This document shows, one piece after another, positions 1-9,268 of a stretch of 27,049 bases of DNA. Under the pieces are notes generated by a model, which was not told where the DNA came from, did not search any database, and was given only the letters and a program-made list of their open reading frames with translations. A program made the translations under genes and the position numbers. Within the stretch, counting starts at the first letter, position 1; each line of letters opens with the position of its first letter. The stretch is from Candidatus Woesearchaeota archaeon (GTDB lineage: Archaea > Nanobdellota > Nanobdellia > SCGC-AAA011-G17 > GW2011-AR17). The stretch is taken from the NCBI GenBank assembly GCA_964485975.1, contig CAZAKS010000001.1, positions 1-27,049 of the forward strand, read 5' to 3'.

Positions 1-981
1 CCCTATTGTGTGTCTTACTAGTATTTCTGCTAAATACTCTAATTCCTCGGGAGAGAGGTTAATACCTTGTTGTTCTGCAAGGTCTCTTAATAGGTCTTTA
101 CCAATATTTGTAAAAGTACTACGCATTTTTTGAGGATCTAGGAATTCTTCTTCTCTTGGTTGGTGTTGAGCTAAAACTCCCTTTGCAAGATCAATTAAGG
201 CATACTGGTCTTCAGTTAATTTAAATTCTGGAGGATTAATATGATAGACTTTTTTAATCTCTTTTATAGTATCAAAGATAGTAACATCTGTTTGAGGATC
301 TATTTTGTAGATAGAAAGTTGTTCCCCATCTAAAGGGGGAGAGGACATTATCTTACTAAACATAAAATCTGGAGTTATTGAAGGTCTAAAGATTGTTTTG
401 TATGGCTCTCTATCCCCCAACTTATACCCTGGTAGATATATTCTTGCAGAATTGATTAAATTTGTTGAATCTAAACTTTCAAATATTTGTTGAAGAATTG
501 TAATATATGCTCTGATTGATTCTTTTTCATTTCTCAAAGCAGACTTTTTTAAATTTATATTTTCTGTTCTTATTACTCTTTTAAGTTCTACATAAGCACC
601 TAATGGATCTGTTTTCAAAAGATGAATTAATATTTGCCTTAATGTTTCGAATCTTTGAGCTAATAACTGGGGATGATCTGTTGGTAATCCCATAGATTGT
701 GGGTTCATTACTCTCTTACTTTTTACATAATAGCTATAGATTTTAGCTATATCCATCAACATGGTTGTTTGAGGGTAATCATAATTGTAGTTTCTTCTTT
801 GAAAGAATGAAAGTCTAGTTATTGAGGGGTTTTCTATGAGTTTATCTATGGCATCCATCATAACTAATGGATTACCTTCAATGGAGGGAGAATAGGGTTT
901 TTCTTCATAATTTAGCTTTAAAACTTCATCTTGTCCCTCTTTTTCTATTTTATATTCTTCTTGTTTTTTTGTAAAAGCCAT
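1..981 (-). CDS. N-terminal part of a probable type II/IV secretion (type IV pilus) ATPase, VirB11/FlaI/CpaF-like; runs off the window start
   Basis: Not in the ORF track. Manual translation from ATG at 981 (GAGG upstream) is open for 327 codons to base 1: MAFTKKQEEYKIEKEGQDEVLKLNY...YHINPPEFKLTEDQYALIDLAKGVLAQHQPREEEFLDPQKMRSTFTNIGKDLL...LAEILVRHTIG. It resembles the N-terminal region of DPANN secretion ATPases from memory. Walker motifs would lie outside the window. Confidence 0.6.
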   Translation of the reverse strand, partial: MAFTKKQEEYKIEKEGQDEVLKLNYEEKPYSPSIEGNPLVMMDAIDKLIENPSITRLSFFQRRNYNYDYPQTTMLMDIAKIYSYYVKSKRVMNPQSMGLPTDHPQLLAQRFETLRQILIHLLKTDPLGAYVELKRVIRTENINLKKSALRNEKESIRAYITILQQIFESLDSTNLINSARIYLPGYKLGDREPYKTIFRPSITPDFMFSKIMSSPPLDGEQLSIYKIDPQTDVTIFDTIKEIKKVYHINPPEFKLTEDQYALIDLAKGVLAQHQPREEEFLDPQKMRSTFTNIGKDLLRDLAEQQGINLSPEELEYLAEILVRHTIG

Positions 982-1069
982 ATTTTTCCTCTTTTTATAA
1001 CCGTAAACCTTTTAATTTATAATATTATACAAATAATTATAAACTTAAAATAACTTTCGTTTGTATAAA

Positions 1070-1480
1070 ATGGCTGAACAAGTACAACAAACTAATTTTG
1101 ATCCACAGATTGTTTTTGAATTAGTTAATCGGATTAGAGTTCTTGAAAGTAAACAGAATTTGTTTGGTGAGAAATTATTAGTTATGAATCAAAATATGAT
1201 TGAAGAGTATAACAAAGTTATGAAGGAAATAAAAAGGAGTAATACTAACCTCAAAAAAGTAGAGGAAAGTATCGGAAATGTGAAGAATGTAGTTAAACAT
1301 TTATCTGAAGAAGCAAGTAAATTTGCAATAAAATCAGATGTTAAGATTTTAGAAAAATATATTAATATGTGGGACCCATTAAAGTTCGTAACAGAAGATG
1401 ATGTGGTGGAGATATTAGACAATGCCAGACATACCAATAGAAAAAGTACAACAAATGCAAAGTCAAGGATTGACAAATGA
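1070..1480 (+). CDS. Hypothetical coiled-coil protein (136 aa)
   Basis: ATG at 1070 preferred over TTG 1061. Heptad-rich helical sequence. The 3' end overlaps the next gene by 59 nt. Confidence 0.75.
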   Translation: MAEQVQQTNFDPQIVFELVNRIRVLESKQNLFGEKLLVMNQNMIEEYNKVMKEIKRSNTNLKKVEESIGNVKNVVKHLSEEASKFAIKSDVKILEKYINMWDPLKFVTEDDVVEILDNARHTNRKSTTNAKSRIDK

Positions 1481-2051
1481 GGATATTACCCGGAGTCTAG
1501 AAGGGCAAGGGTATAATCTAGATCAGATTTCTATGGCAATGAATCAAGCAGGAATGGGTGGAACTGGTGCTCCAGTTGGAATGGAACAATCTGCTATGGA
1601 GGAAATACCAATTCCTACACAACAGCAAGCTCCACCAGTAGAGCAACCAGCACAACAATATCAACCTCAACAACAAGATTATGGCCAACAATATCAATTG
1701 CCACAACAACAATTTGGTTATGAAGATATTCAGGCTATTGTCGAGGAGATATTAGAAGAGAAATGGAAAGAGTTTACAAGAGATGTTGGAGATATTAATC
1801 TTTGGAAAGGAGCTATTTCGGATGATTTAGATGCTACCAAACAAGAATTAGTTAGAACACAAAAGAGATTAGAAGATTTACAAGTTGCAGTATTGGGCAA
1901 AGTTAGTGAGTATAATAAAACAATGCAAGATATTGGAACAGATATGAAAGCTTTAGAATCTGTGTTTGGTAAGATCTTAGCACCACTGACTTCAAATATT
2001 AAAGATTTAGATAGAATCACACAAGATTTAAAGAGTAAAACAAAAAAATAA
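1422..2051 (+). CDS. Hypothetical protein: small helical N-domain, Pro/Gln-rich linker, C-terminal coiled coil
   Basis: 209-aa ORF with GGTGGAG Shine-Dalgarno about 10 nt upstream. P/Q linker (PTQQQAPPVEQPAQQYQPQQQ). Long heptad C-terminus. Confidence 0.8.
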   Translation: MPDIPIEKVQQMQSQGLTNEDITRSLEGQGYNLDQISMAMNQAGMGGTGAPVGMEQSAMEEIPIPTQQQAPPVEQPAQQYQPQQQDYGQQYQLPQQQFGYEDIQAIVEEILEEKWKEFTRDVGDINLWKGAISDDLDATKQELVRTQKRLEDLQVAVLGKVSEYNKTMQDIGTDMKALESVFGKILAPLTSNIKDLDRITQDLKSKTKK

Positions 2052-2066
2052 TTTTTTTCTTTTTTG

Positions 2067-2594
2067 TCAACGCGAGGCTGAAACAAATCTAACAATTAGA
2101 CCCGCAATTGCAAGAACTAATCCCATACCCATTATTTTAGGATGGAATATTATTTGCCCAATTTGAGCATTTAGATTATTCTCATCTTCAGGCGAAGTAA
2201 TATTATGTACTGCATCTCCATAAACCATCATAAGAGCGTAACCTAAAATTCCTAAACTAACTAGAACTATAACCCAAATAACAAATTGATTTCCTCCAAA
2301 AACTCCAGCTATAGTATCTCCTTTTACACCCATAAATAAGAAGATTACAACTAATAAAATTACAAAAATAAAGAAAACAATAAACCAAGGAGTTATAATT
2401 TGGATAACATCTGTCAATCCCGGAACAATAACTACCATTACAGCCATACATAAGGCAATTACCCAATGGATTGCTTGATTGTCTCCGAATAGTTTTGTTT
2501 TTTCTAGAATAGCATAAGTAATAATCCAAACTAATGCAAAAATAAATACTGGAGCAAAATATGACAAGATACTCATATCAAGTACTGATGCCAT
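2067..2594 (-). CDS. Multi-pass membrane protein, paralog 3 of a tandem trio
   Basis: Hydrophobic 175 aa with shared motif FIFALVWIITYAILEKTKLFG. TAATG overlap with the upstream paralog. Confidence 0.8.
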   Translation of the reverse strand: MASVLDMSILSYFAPVFIFALVWIITYAILEKTKLFGDNQAIHWVIALCMAVMVVIVPGLTDVIQIITPWFIVFFIFVILLVVIFLFMGVKGDTIAGVFGGNQFVIWVIVLVSLGILGYALMMVYGDAVHNITSPEDENNLNAQIGQIIFHPKIMGMGLVLAIAGLIVRFVSASR

Positions 2595-3172
2595 TAGCTA
2601 CCTCCCTTCCCTAATTCACCAGGAAGTTTTTCAAGATAATTTGTAAACTTACCCCAAGAGTTTTTATCTTTTGGTTCTGATACTACAAACCAAACAAATA
2701 GGAAAAACAATACTATTGCAATAAGAATATTTCTATCTTGGCTCGTTAACTGGAGCCATGAAGGTAGTCCACCTAATGCAACCCCTGAAGAAGTTAATAA
2801 AGCATAAATTATAACTCCAACAGTAATTATAATTCCTAAAAATAAAGGTATTCCACTCCACCCATTTTCAGTTGGTCCTATTAATATACCTAAAAGTAAA
2901 AGGAACATAATAAATATTAAAGCTAGGAATGAAACTTGAGGTAAAAATGTGTTCATTGTTTCTACAAGAGATTGAACTCTTATTACTAAGAAAGCCATTA
3001 CTAATGCAATTAATAGATTGAATCTTTTACTTTGAGCTCCGAAAAGTTTTATCTTTTCAAGCATAGCAAATATGATTGTAAATACAAGTAAGAATGGCAA
3101 AGCTACTGAGTAGAAGCCTATTGATTCCAGTGTGCCCATAAAGGCATCGAAGTTAAATTGTTCAACTACCAT
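2594..3172 (-). CDS. Multi-pass membrane protein, paralog 2 of a tandem trio
   Basis: Motif LPFLLVFTIIFAMLEKIKLFG; about 5 hydrophobic segments. Confidence 0.8.
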   Translation of the reverse strand: MVVEQFNFDAFMGTLESIGFYSVALPFLLVFTIIFAMLEKIKLFGAQSKRFNLLIALVMAFLVIRVQSLVETMNTFLPQVSFLALIFIMFLLLLGILIGPTENGWSGIPLFLGIIITVGVIIYALLTSSGVALGGLPSWLQLTSQDRNILIAIVLFFLFVWFVVSEPKDKNSWGKFTNYLEKLPGELGKGGS

Positions 3173-3173
3173 C

Positions 3174-3710
3174 TTATTCCTCAGCTAAATCTCTTCCTCC
3201 AACTACAAAGGCAATTATTCCACCTATAACTAGTATAACTGCTACCAATATAAAGATTACTACTCCATCACCAAACAAATAATCTGTAATTGGTGTTAAC
3301 CAACCAAATGAATGTAGGAAAATTAAGAAGATTGAAAGTCCAAAAATACCTGCTAATGGAAGTTTCCAACTTGCAAATGAATTTAGGAAATCAAATTCTT
3401 CCTTGCCAGATGCAAAAGATCCAACTAACATTAAGAAAGATACTATTGCAATAAGTAGTAATGCAACTATAGGTAATGATTCCTTCATTGCGTCAACTAT
3501 TTCTTTTGCTGCAACAACAAAGAAAGCAATTACAAAGGCAACCATTGAGTTTATATTCTTTTTTGGAGCCCCATCATAAGTACCAAAGACTCTTGTTTTT
3601 TCAAGAATACCAAAAACTACAGTAAATACAAGTAAGAAGGGTAAGATTACATCAAAAAAACCAAACTCCTCTAAAAACTCTACAGCGGCTCCTAAAATTG
3701 TCTCACTCAT
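3174..3710 (-). CDS. Multi-pass membrane protein, paralog 1 of a tandem trio
   Basis: Motif LPFLLVFTVVFGILEKTRVFG; about 5 hydrophobic segments. Confidence 0.8.
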   Translation of the reverse strand: MSETILGAAVEFLEEFGFFDVILPFLLVFTVVFGILEKTRVFGTYDGAPKKNINSMVAFVIAFFVVAAKEIVDAMKESLPIVALLLIAIVSFLMLVGSFASGKEEFDFLNSFASWKLPLAGIFGLSIFLIFLHSFGWLTPITDYLFGDGVVIFILVAVILVIGGIIAFVVGGRDLAEE

Positions 3711-3772
3711 TATTTAACTTTATACTCTATTTTAGTATTTAAATCTATCGATATAAATAATTAAAAAGAAAA

Positions 3773-4048
3773 TTATTCTTCACCAGCTTCTTCTTCGTAT
3801 GAAGGAACAGCTGATTTTGAAATAATAACAATATCTCCAATTGCTTTAACTAACTGATGAGGTACAATAACACCTTTTGCTCCACCAAGAATTCTTGATA
3901 GGAAGGACTCTCTTGTAGCTCTTATCCTCCAACCTGAAATTTTATTATTTGTTAGAACTGCTTCTTCTATATCACCAAAATAATGTCCTTCATCTGTAAA
4001 AACTTGAACATTGTAAAGATCTGTTATATTCTTTATTTTTAAGGCCAT
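3773..4048 (-). CDS. PRC-barrel domain protein
   Basis: YNVQVFTDEGHYFGDIEEAVL...VIVPHQLVKAIGDIVIIS is the PRC-barrel pattern. GGAGGG Shine-Dalgarno precedes the ATG at 4048. Confidence 0.85.
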   Translation of the reverse strand: MALKIKNITDLYNVQVFTDEGHYFGDIEEAVLTNNKISGWRIRATRESFLSRILGGAKGVIVPHQLVKAIGDIVIISKSAVPSYEEEAGEE

Positions 4049-4114
4049 TGTCTCTCCCTCCAATTGAATATTATAGTAAATCTTTTAAGCCTTTAAATAC
4101 TTTTCTTTTCTCTA

Positions 4115-4786
4115 ATGGTGGATTATAAAAACCTTAAGATTGTTGGAACATCCCATATTGCAGTATCTAGTATTAAGGAAGTTAAAAAAGAAATCTTGGA
4201 GAACAAACCAGAATTTGTTGCCTTGGAGTTAGATAAAAATAGATTGATTGGTTTGATGAGCAATAAAAAGAGAAAGATAAAACTAAAAGATCTCAAAGGA
4301 TTGGGTATTTCTGGTTTTTTATTTGTGATGTTTGGTCAATGGTTAGAAGAGAAATTAGGAAAGATGGTAGGTACTAAACCTGGAGGGGAGATGAAGATTG
4401 CAGTTAAAGCTGCTGCAATGGTAGGATCAAAAATAGTATTGATTGATCAAGAGATTAATATTACAATTAAAAAATTGATGAAAACCATCACATTTAAAGA
4501 AAAATTTAGATTTGTTTGGGATATTTTAAAAGGTTTAATGGGAAAGGGAGATATTGAAAAATTTGATTTGAGAAAGGTTCCTTCTGATAAATTAATTGAG
4601 AAAATGATAAAAAGTGTTGAAAATAGGTATCCTAGTGTCTATAAAGTGTTAATTTCAGATAGGAATAAGATTATGGGGAAGAGATTACACAAGCTTATGA
4701 ATAAGTTTCCAGAGTCTCAGATTATAGCTGTTGTTGGTGCAGGTCATGAAGAAGGCATTATAGAAGAAATAAAAAAATATAAATAG
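4115..4786 (+). CDS. traB: TraB/PrgY/GumN (TIKI-like) family protein
   Basis: Motifs GTSHI, VALELD, KPGGEM, LIDQEINIT, DRNKIM and VVGAGH. Confidence 0.85.
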   Translation: MVDYKNLKIVGTSHIAVSSIKEVKKEILENKPEFVALELDKNRLIGLMSNKKRKIKLKDLKGLGISGFLFVMFGQWLEEKLGKMVGTKPGGEMKIAVKAAAMVGSKIVLIDQEINITIKKLMKTITFKEKFRFVWDILKGLMGKGDIEKFDLRKVPSDKLIEKMIKSVENRYPSVYKVLISDRNKIMGKRLHKLMNKFPESQIIAVVGAGHEEGIIEEIKKYK

Positions 4787-4807
4787 TTCTATAGTTCTAT
4801 TAGTTTT

Positions 4808-5605
4808 ATGTTTACTAAAAAAGAATGGATTCATTTTATTATAATCGTTCTAGTTGTAGGTTTTGCTTTAGGATTTAATGATGGTGCTGATGAGTTTGTT
4901 TTGGGTGCTTGGTTGTTAAATTTGCTGATAGTTACAATTATGGTTGCTATTTCATTATTCTTATATCAATGGGCACAGAAAACTGTTGCTAAGATGAATG
5001 GATTTATTACAGAGTTTAAAATTTGGGGTGTGGATACTTTTCATTGGGGGCTTTGGCGGGGTATTATGTTGAAAAAAGAAAAAGATTTGCCTAAAACCTT
5101 TAAATTCTTTGGTAGAGAGATTACAATTAAATCTGTTCCAATTGGAATCTTCCTTTCTATTATTGTTACATTAGTTACCAATGGTCACTTATTTTGGTTA
5201 GGTTTAACAAATTATGATTTACTGATTAAAAGATCTAAGAGGTTAGGTAGAAAGTTTGTTAATGTTACTGGTTATGATGAAGCAAAGATTGCTTTGGCTG
5301 GACCAATGACTTGTGTTGTTTTAATGATTGTATTTGGATTGTTAAATGCACAAGGTATGTTTACTAAGATGATTATGGTCAATACTTGGCTTGCTGTTTT
5401 TAATATGATTCCATTTTTCCAGTTTGATGGAGGAAAAGTTTGGAATGGTTCAAGAGTCTTATATGTTTTTAGTGCAGTATTTATAGCTGCAATTGCAATC
5501 TTAGTTCATTTCTTGGACTTTATGCCTTTGTTAATTGTTAGTGTTGTTTTAGCTTTGACTGCTGCTATTATCTTTTTTGTGAAGAGGTATGTAGAAGACA
5601 AATGA
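4808..5605 (+). CDS. Site-2 protease (M50)-like membrane protein with degenerate zinc site
   Basis: IALAGP and FNMIPFFQFDG motifs present; the expected HExxH reads YQWAQ. Confidence 0.65.
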   Translation: MFTKKEWIHFIIIVLVVGFALGFNDGADEFVLGAWLLNLLIVTIMVAISLFLYQWAQKTVAKMNGFITEFKIWGVDTFHWGLWRGIMLKKEKDLPKTFKFFGREITIKSVPIGIFLSIIVTLVTNGHLFWLGLTNYDLLIKRSKRLGRKFVNVTGYDEAKIALAGPMTCVVLMIVFGLLNAQGMFTKMIMVNTWLAVFNMIPFFQFDGGKVWNGSRVLYVFSAVFIAAIAILVHFLDFMPLLIVSVVLALTAAIIFFVKRYVEDK

Positions 5606-6627
5606 AGTATGATGTTGTTATTATAGGTGCTGGCCCTGGGGGACTTAATTGTGCCCAAACCCTATCTAAATCTAAAAAGAAAGTTTTGTTATTGGATCAA
5701 AAAGAAGTTATTGGCCCCAAGGTGTGTGCAGGAGGATTGACTGGACATGATTTAGAGTATTTGAACTTGCCCCCTAAATTATTAGATTATAAGTTCAAAT
5801 CTATTAAAGTTAGGATGCCTCTGCAAGAAACAAAGATGGAAATGTCAAAACCATTTGTTTATACAATTGATAGGCAAAGAATGGGGCAGTGGCAGTTAAG
5901 AAGATTGAAAAATACAAATATTGAAGTTAGAACTGGAGTTAGAGTTACTAAATTAGAAAAAAATCACATTATTTTAGAAGATGGAGAAAAAATAGAATTC
6001 AAATATTTGGTTGGTGCAGATGGTTCTAACTCTATTGTTAGAGGGTATTTGGGTTTGAAAACTGAAAGAGTGGTTACTGCTATGCAATATATTATAAAAA
6101 ATAAGAAATTAAAAGAGCTAGAGCTTATATTTGATTCAAAATTATTTGATGTTGGTTACGCATGGATATTCCCTCATTCTAATTATGTTTCAGTTGGTTG
6201 TGGGTGTGATTCAAGATACTTGTCTGCAAAGAAATTAAAGTTGAATTTTCATAAATGGTTAAAGAGTAATAAAATTGATGTGAGTAAGGGAGAGTTTCAA
6301 TCTCACCCAATAAATTATGATTTTAAAGGTTATAAATTTAAGAATACTTTTTTAGTTGGTGATGCTGCAGGATTTACTTCTGGATTCACTGGAGAAGGTA
6401 TATATTATGCATTGATCTCTGGGGAAGAGATTGCTAAGAAAATAATGAATTCAAGGTATTCTTGTAAAAAAATTGAAGACATATTAGATATAAAAAATAA
6501 ACAAGAGACAGTTATGAACATTTTAGAGAAATCTGGATCTATGAGAAATTTGGAATTTGAGTTCATTCAATTGGTTTTAAAAGCCAGAATATTTAATAAA
6601 AGTCTCTTAAACTTATTCTGCCCTTAG
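5602..6627 (+). CDS. Geranylgeranyl-reductase family FAD-dependent oxidoreductase
   Basis: IIGAGPGG Rossmann motif, KVCAGGL, GADGSNS, GYAWIFP and GDAAGF...TGEGIYYA. Confidence 0.85.
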   Translation: MKYDVVIIGAGPGGLNCAQTLSKSKKKVLLLDQKEVIGPKVCAGGLTGHDLEYLNLPPKLLDYKFKSIKVRMPLQETKMEMSKPFVYTIDRQRMGQWQLRRLKNTNIEVRTGVRVTKLEKNHIILEDGEKIEFKYLVGADGSNSIVRGYLGLKTERVVTAMQYIIKNKKLKELELIFDSKLFDVGYAWIFPHSNYVSVGCGCDSRYLSAKKLKLNFHKWLKSNKIDVSKGEFQSHPINYDFKGYKFKNTFLVGDAAGFTSGFTGEGIYYALISGEEIAKKIMNSRYSCKKIEDILDIKNKQETVMNILEKSGSMRNLEFEFIQLVLKARIFNKSLLNLFCP

Positions 6628-6890
6628 AAAAAACTACCAATTCCTTTCTGTAGAAGCCATACAATTCCCACATAAGTTATCCAATTATAAAATACTCCAG
6701 TTAGTGCCAGAATTGTTATAACTACAACTATTAGATCTACAATGCTTGCAAAGGATTTAATGAATGCAATAGATTTTATTGCGATAAAGGCTGTTGCAAA
6801 CCAACAAACTTGAGTTAGAAAGTCCCATCTAGCAAAAAATAGCGAAACTCCTGCTATAATATCTATTATCCCAAGTATAAATACAACCAT
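6624..6890 (-). CDS. Small membrane protein (about 3 TM helices)
   Basis: 88-aa hydrophobic ORF with its own TATA box about 24 nt upstream. Confidence 0.75.
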   Translation of the reverse strand: MVVFILGIIDIIAGVSLFFARWDFLTQVCWFATAFIAIKSIAFIKSFASIVDLIVVVITILALTGVFYNWITYVGIVWLLQKGIGSFF

Positions 6891-6913
6891 AGAATTATTA
6901 AAAATTGGTTCTG

Positions 6914-6957
6914 TTTTTAAAGGTTGTGACAGGGCATATGCACGCAGAGCTTATAAA
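6914..6957. promoter_or_regulatory. Back-to-back archaeal TATA boxes serving two probably leaderless genes
   Basis: TTTAAAAA on the minus strand (6921-6914) lies about 24 nt before ATG 6890. CTTATAAA (6950-6957) lies about 24 nt before ATG 6981. Confidence 0.55.
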
Positions 6958-6980
6958 GCAAAAGATAGTTTTTAGATAAA

Positions 6981-9161
6981 ATGTATGAAATTAAAGGATT
7001 TAAGCCCAGATTATACCAAGAGAACATATTTAACACTTGTACTAGAGCCAATACTTTAGTTGTTTTACCTACAGGGAGAGGAAAGACCAAACTGGCTATT
7101 CTGGTTGCTGTACATAGATTGAATAATTTTAAAGATTCTAAAATTGTTTTTTTAACTCCTACAAAACCTCTTGCTGCTCAAATTGTTAATGAGTTTAAAG
7201 ATAGTACAAATATTGAAGATGTAAATTTGTTTACTGGTGAGATGAAGCCAGAGCAAAGGGGTGAATTATGGAAAGATTCCAGAGTTATTGTTTCTACCCC
7301 TCAAGGATTTACAAATGATGTGATTAACAAAAGGATTAATCTGAGAGAGGTATCTTTGGTTGTTTTTGATGAATGTCACAGAGCAACTGGTGATTATGAT
7401 TATGTTTGGTTGGCTAAACACTATAATAAAATGGGGAACTTTCCAAGAATTGTAGGTTTGACAGCTTCTCCTGGAAGTGATTTGGTTACTATTAATGAAG
7501 TTTCAAAAAATCTTTTTGTTGAAGATGTGGAAGTAAGAACTGATAAAGATGAGGATTTGAAACCTTATGTACAAGAAACTAAAGTAGAATATGTTCTTAT
7601 TGATTTTCCTGAAGACTTTAAACAAGTTCAAAAATATTTAACTGATTGTTTTAAGTCTAAATTGAGATTATTGAAAGAGTTTAATGTTCTTGGTGCTATT
7701 AGTATGATTAGTAAGAAAAAACTATTAGATACTCAAAGAGATTTACAAAGAAGAGTTGCTAGAGGTGAAAGAGACCAGCTGATTTGGCAATCAATTGCTT
7801 TGGTGGCTGAAGCAATAAAAGTTCAGCATGCTTTGGAATTATTAGAAACCCAAGGTGTCATGGCTTCTATGGAATATTTTAAGAAATTGTATAAGGAAGC
7901 TGAAGTAGGAAAGGCAAAGTCTACTAAGAACTTAGTACAAGATGTTAATTTTAAGTCAGCTTATGCAAAATTGAATTTAATGGATGGAGATAATGTTGAA
8001 CATCCAAAGTTAAAGAAACTAGTCAATATTGTTAAACAGGAATTGAAAGAAGGAGTTAAGATTTTAATATTTAATCAATATAGAGATTCTGCTAATTTCT
8101 TAGTTAAGCAATTGAATGAGCTTGATGATGTAAATGCAAAGTTGTTTGTTGGACAAATGAAGAAAAAGGGAACTGGTTTGACTCAAAAAGAGCAAATACA
8201 AATAATCCAAGATTTTAAAGAGGGAGTATATAATATTTTAGTTGGAACTTCTGTTTCTGAAGAGGGTTTAGATATTCCTTCTGTTGATTTAGTTCTATTT
8301 TATGAACCTATTCCTTCTGCTATTAGGACAGTTCAAAGGAGAGGTAGGACCGGAAGGATGAGTGAGGGAAAAGTTAAGGTTTTAGTTACAAAAGGAACTA
8401 GAGATGAAGCTTATAGATGGACTGCTTATCATAAAGAGAATAGAATGCATAGGATTTTAGGGGGTTTAAAATCTAAATTAAGTTTAAGCACACAAAAACA
8501 AAAGTCTGTTGCTGATTATGGTGGGAAGATTAAGATTTATGCTGATTCAAGGGAGAAAGGTTCAGGGATTATGAAAAGATTAGTTGATTTGAATGTAGAT
8601 GTAAAAATGCAAAACTTAGATGTGGGAGATTTTTTAATTAGTGAAGACTGTGTTATTGAAAGGAAAGAAGTTAGTGATTTTGTTGCATCGATTATTGATA
8701 AAAGGGTGTTAGATCAAGTTAAAGCTATGAAACAATTTTCTAAACCTATTCTAATTATTGAAGGAACTGATGATATCTACTCAGTTAGAAAAGTTCATCC
8801 AAATGCAATAAGGGGAATGTTGGCTTATATTGCAATAGATATGAAAATCCCAATTATTTATACAAAAGATTCTAGAGATACTGCCGAGTTCTTGCTTGTT
8901 GCTGCTAAAAGAGAGCAGGATAAAGTTAACAAAGAATTTGCCATTAGAGGAGAAAGAAAACCTTTAACACCTAAAGAGCAAAAAGAGTTTATTGTTGGTT
9001 CTTTGCCAGGGGTTGGTGGAGCTTTAGCTAAGAACTTATTAAATGAGTTTAGATCTGTTAAAGGAATTGTTAATGCTTCTGCTGATGAATTAAAAGATGT
9101 TGATCTTGTGGGTAAGAAAAAGGCTGAAGCCATAAAGAAAGCTGTTGAAGAAGAGTATTAG
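6981..9161 (+). CDS. hef: Hef (FANCM/ERCC4-like) DEAH helicase-nuclease
   Basis: Walker A LPTGRGKT, DECH, TAS, EEGLDIP, QRRGRTGR; ERCC4 nuclease DSRE...GDF...ERK; C-terminal HhH LPGVG. Confidence 0.95.
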   Translation: MYEIKGFKPRLYQENIFNTCTRANTLVVLPTGRGKTKLAILVAVHRLNNFKDSKIVFLTPTKPLAAQIVNEFKDSTNIEDVNLFTGEMKPEQRGELWKDSRVIVSTPQGFTNDVINKRINLREVSLVVFDECHRATGDYDYVWLAKHYNKMGNFPRIVGLTASPGSDLVTINEVSKNLFVEDVEVRTDKDEDLKPYVQETKVEYVLIDFPEDFKQVQKYLTDCFKSKLRLLKEFNVLGAISMISKKKLLDTQRDLQRRVARGERDQLIWQSIALVAEAIKVQHALELLETQGVMASMEYFKKLYKEAEVGKAKSTKNLVQDVNFKSAYAKLNLMDGDNVEHPKLKKLVNIVKQELKEGVKILIFNQYRDSANFLVKQLNELDDVNAKLFVGQMKKKGTGLTQKEQIQIIQDFKEGVYNILVGTSVSEEGLDIPSVDLVLFYEPIPSAIRTVQRRGRTGRMSEGKVKVLVTKGTRDEAYRWTAYHKENRMHRILGGLKSKLSLSTQKQKSVADYGGKIKIYADSREKGSGIMKRLVDLNVDVKMQNLDVGDFLISEDCVIERKEVSDFVASIIDKRVLDQVKAMKQFSKPILIIEGTDDIYSVRKVHPNAIRGMLAYIAIDMKIPIIYTKDSRDTAEFLLVAAKREQDKVNKEFAIRGERKPLTPKEQKEFIVGSLPGVGGALAKNLLNEFRSVKGIVNASADELKDVDLVGKKKAEAIKKAVEEEY

Positions 9162-9268
9162 TCTTCTTCTACTACTAGGGTGCCTTGATAACCACAAGAT
9201 TCACAGAAATATAAACCAGTCCAGGGGTCTCCTTTGACTTTTTTTAAACACTTAGGACATTTCAACAT
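9158..9268 (-). CDS. 36-aa C4 zinc-finger microprotein (CPxC...CxxCG), absent from the ORF track
   Basis: Translation MLKCPKCLKKVKGDPWTGLYFCESCGYQGTLVVEED*. It starts within the last codons of thpR, and its stop overlaps the hef stop. Confidence 0.75.
   Translation of the reverse strand: MLKCPKCLKKVKGDPWTGLYFCESCGYQGTLVVEED

Noticed and set aside
1600-1730. CAACAA-rich repeats
   Set aside because: Explained by the Gln/Pro low-complexity linker of the encoded protein; the motif does not recur in non-coding DNA.
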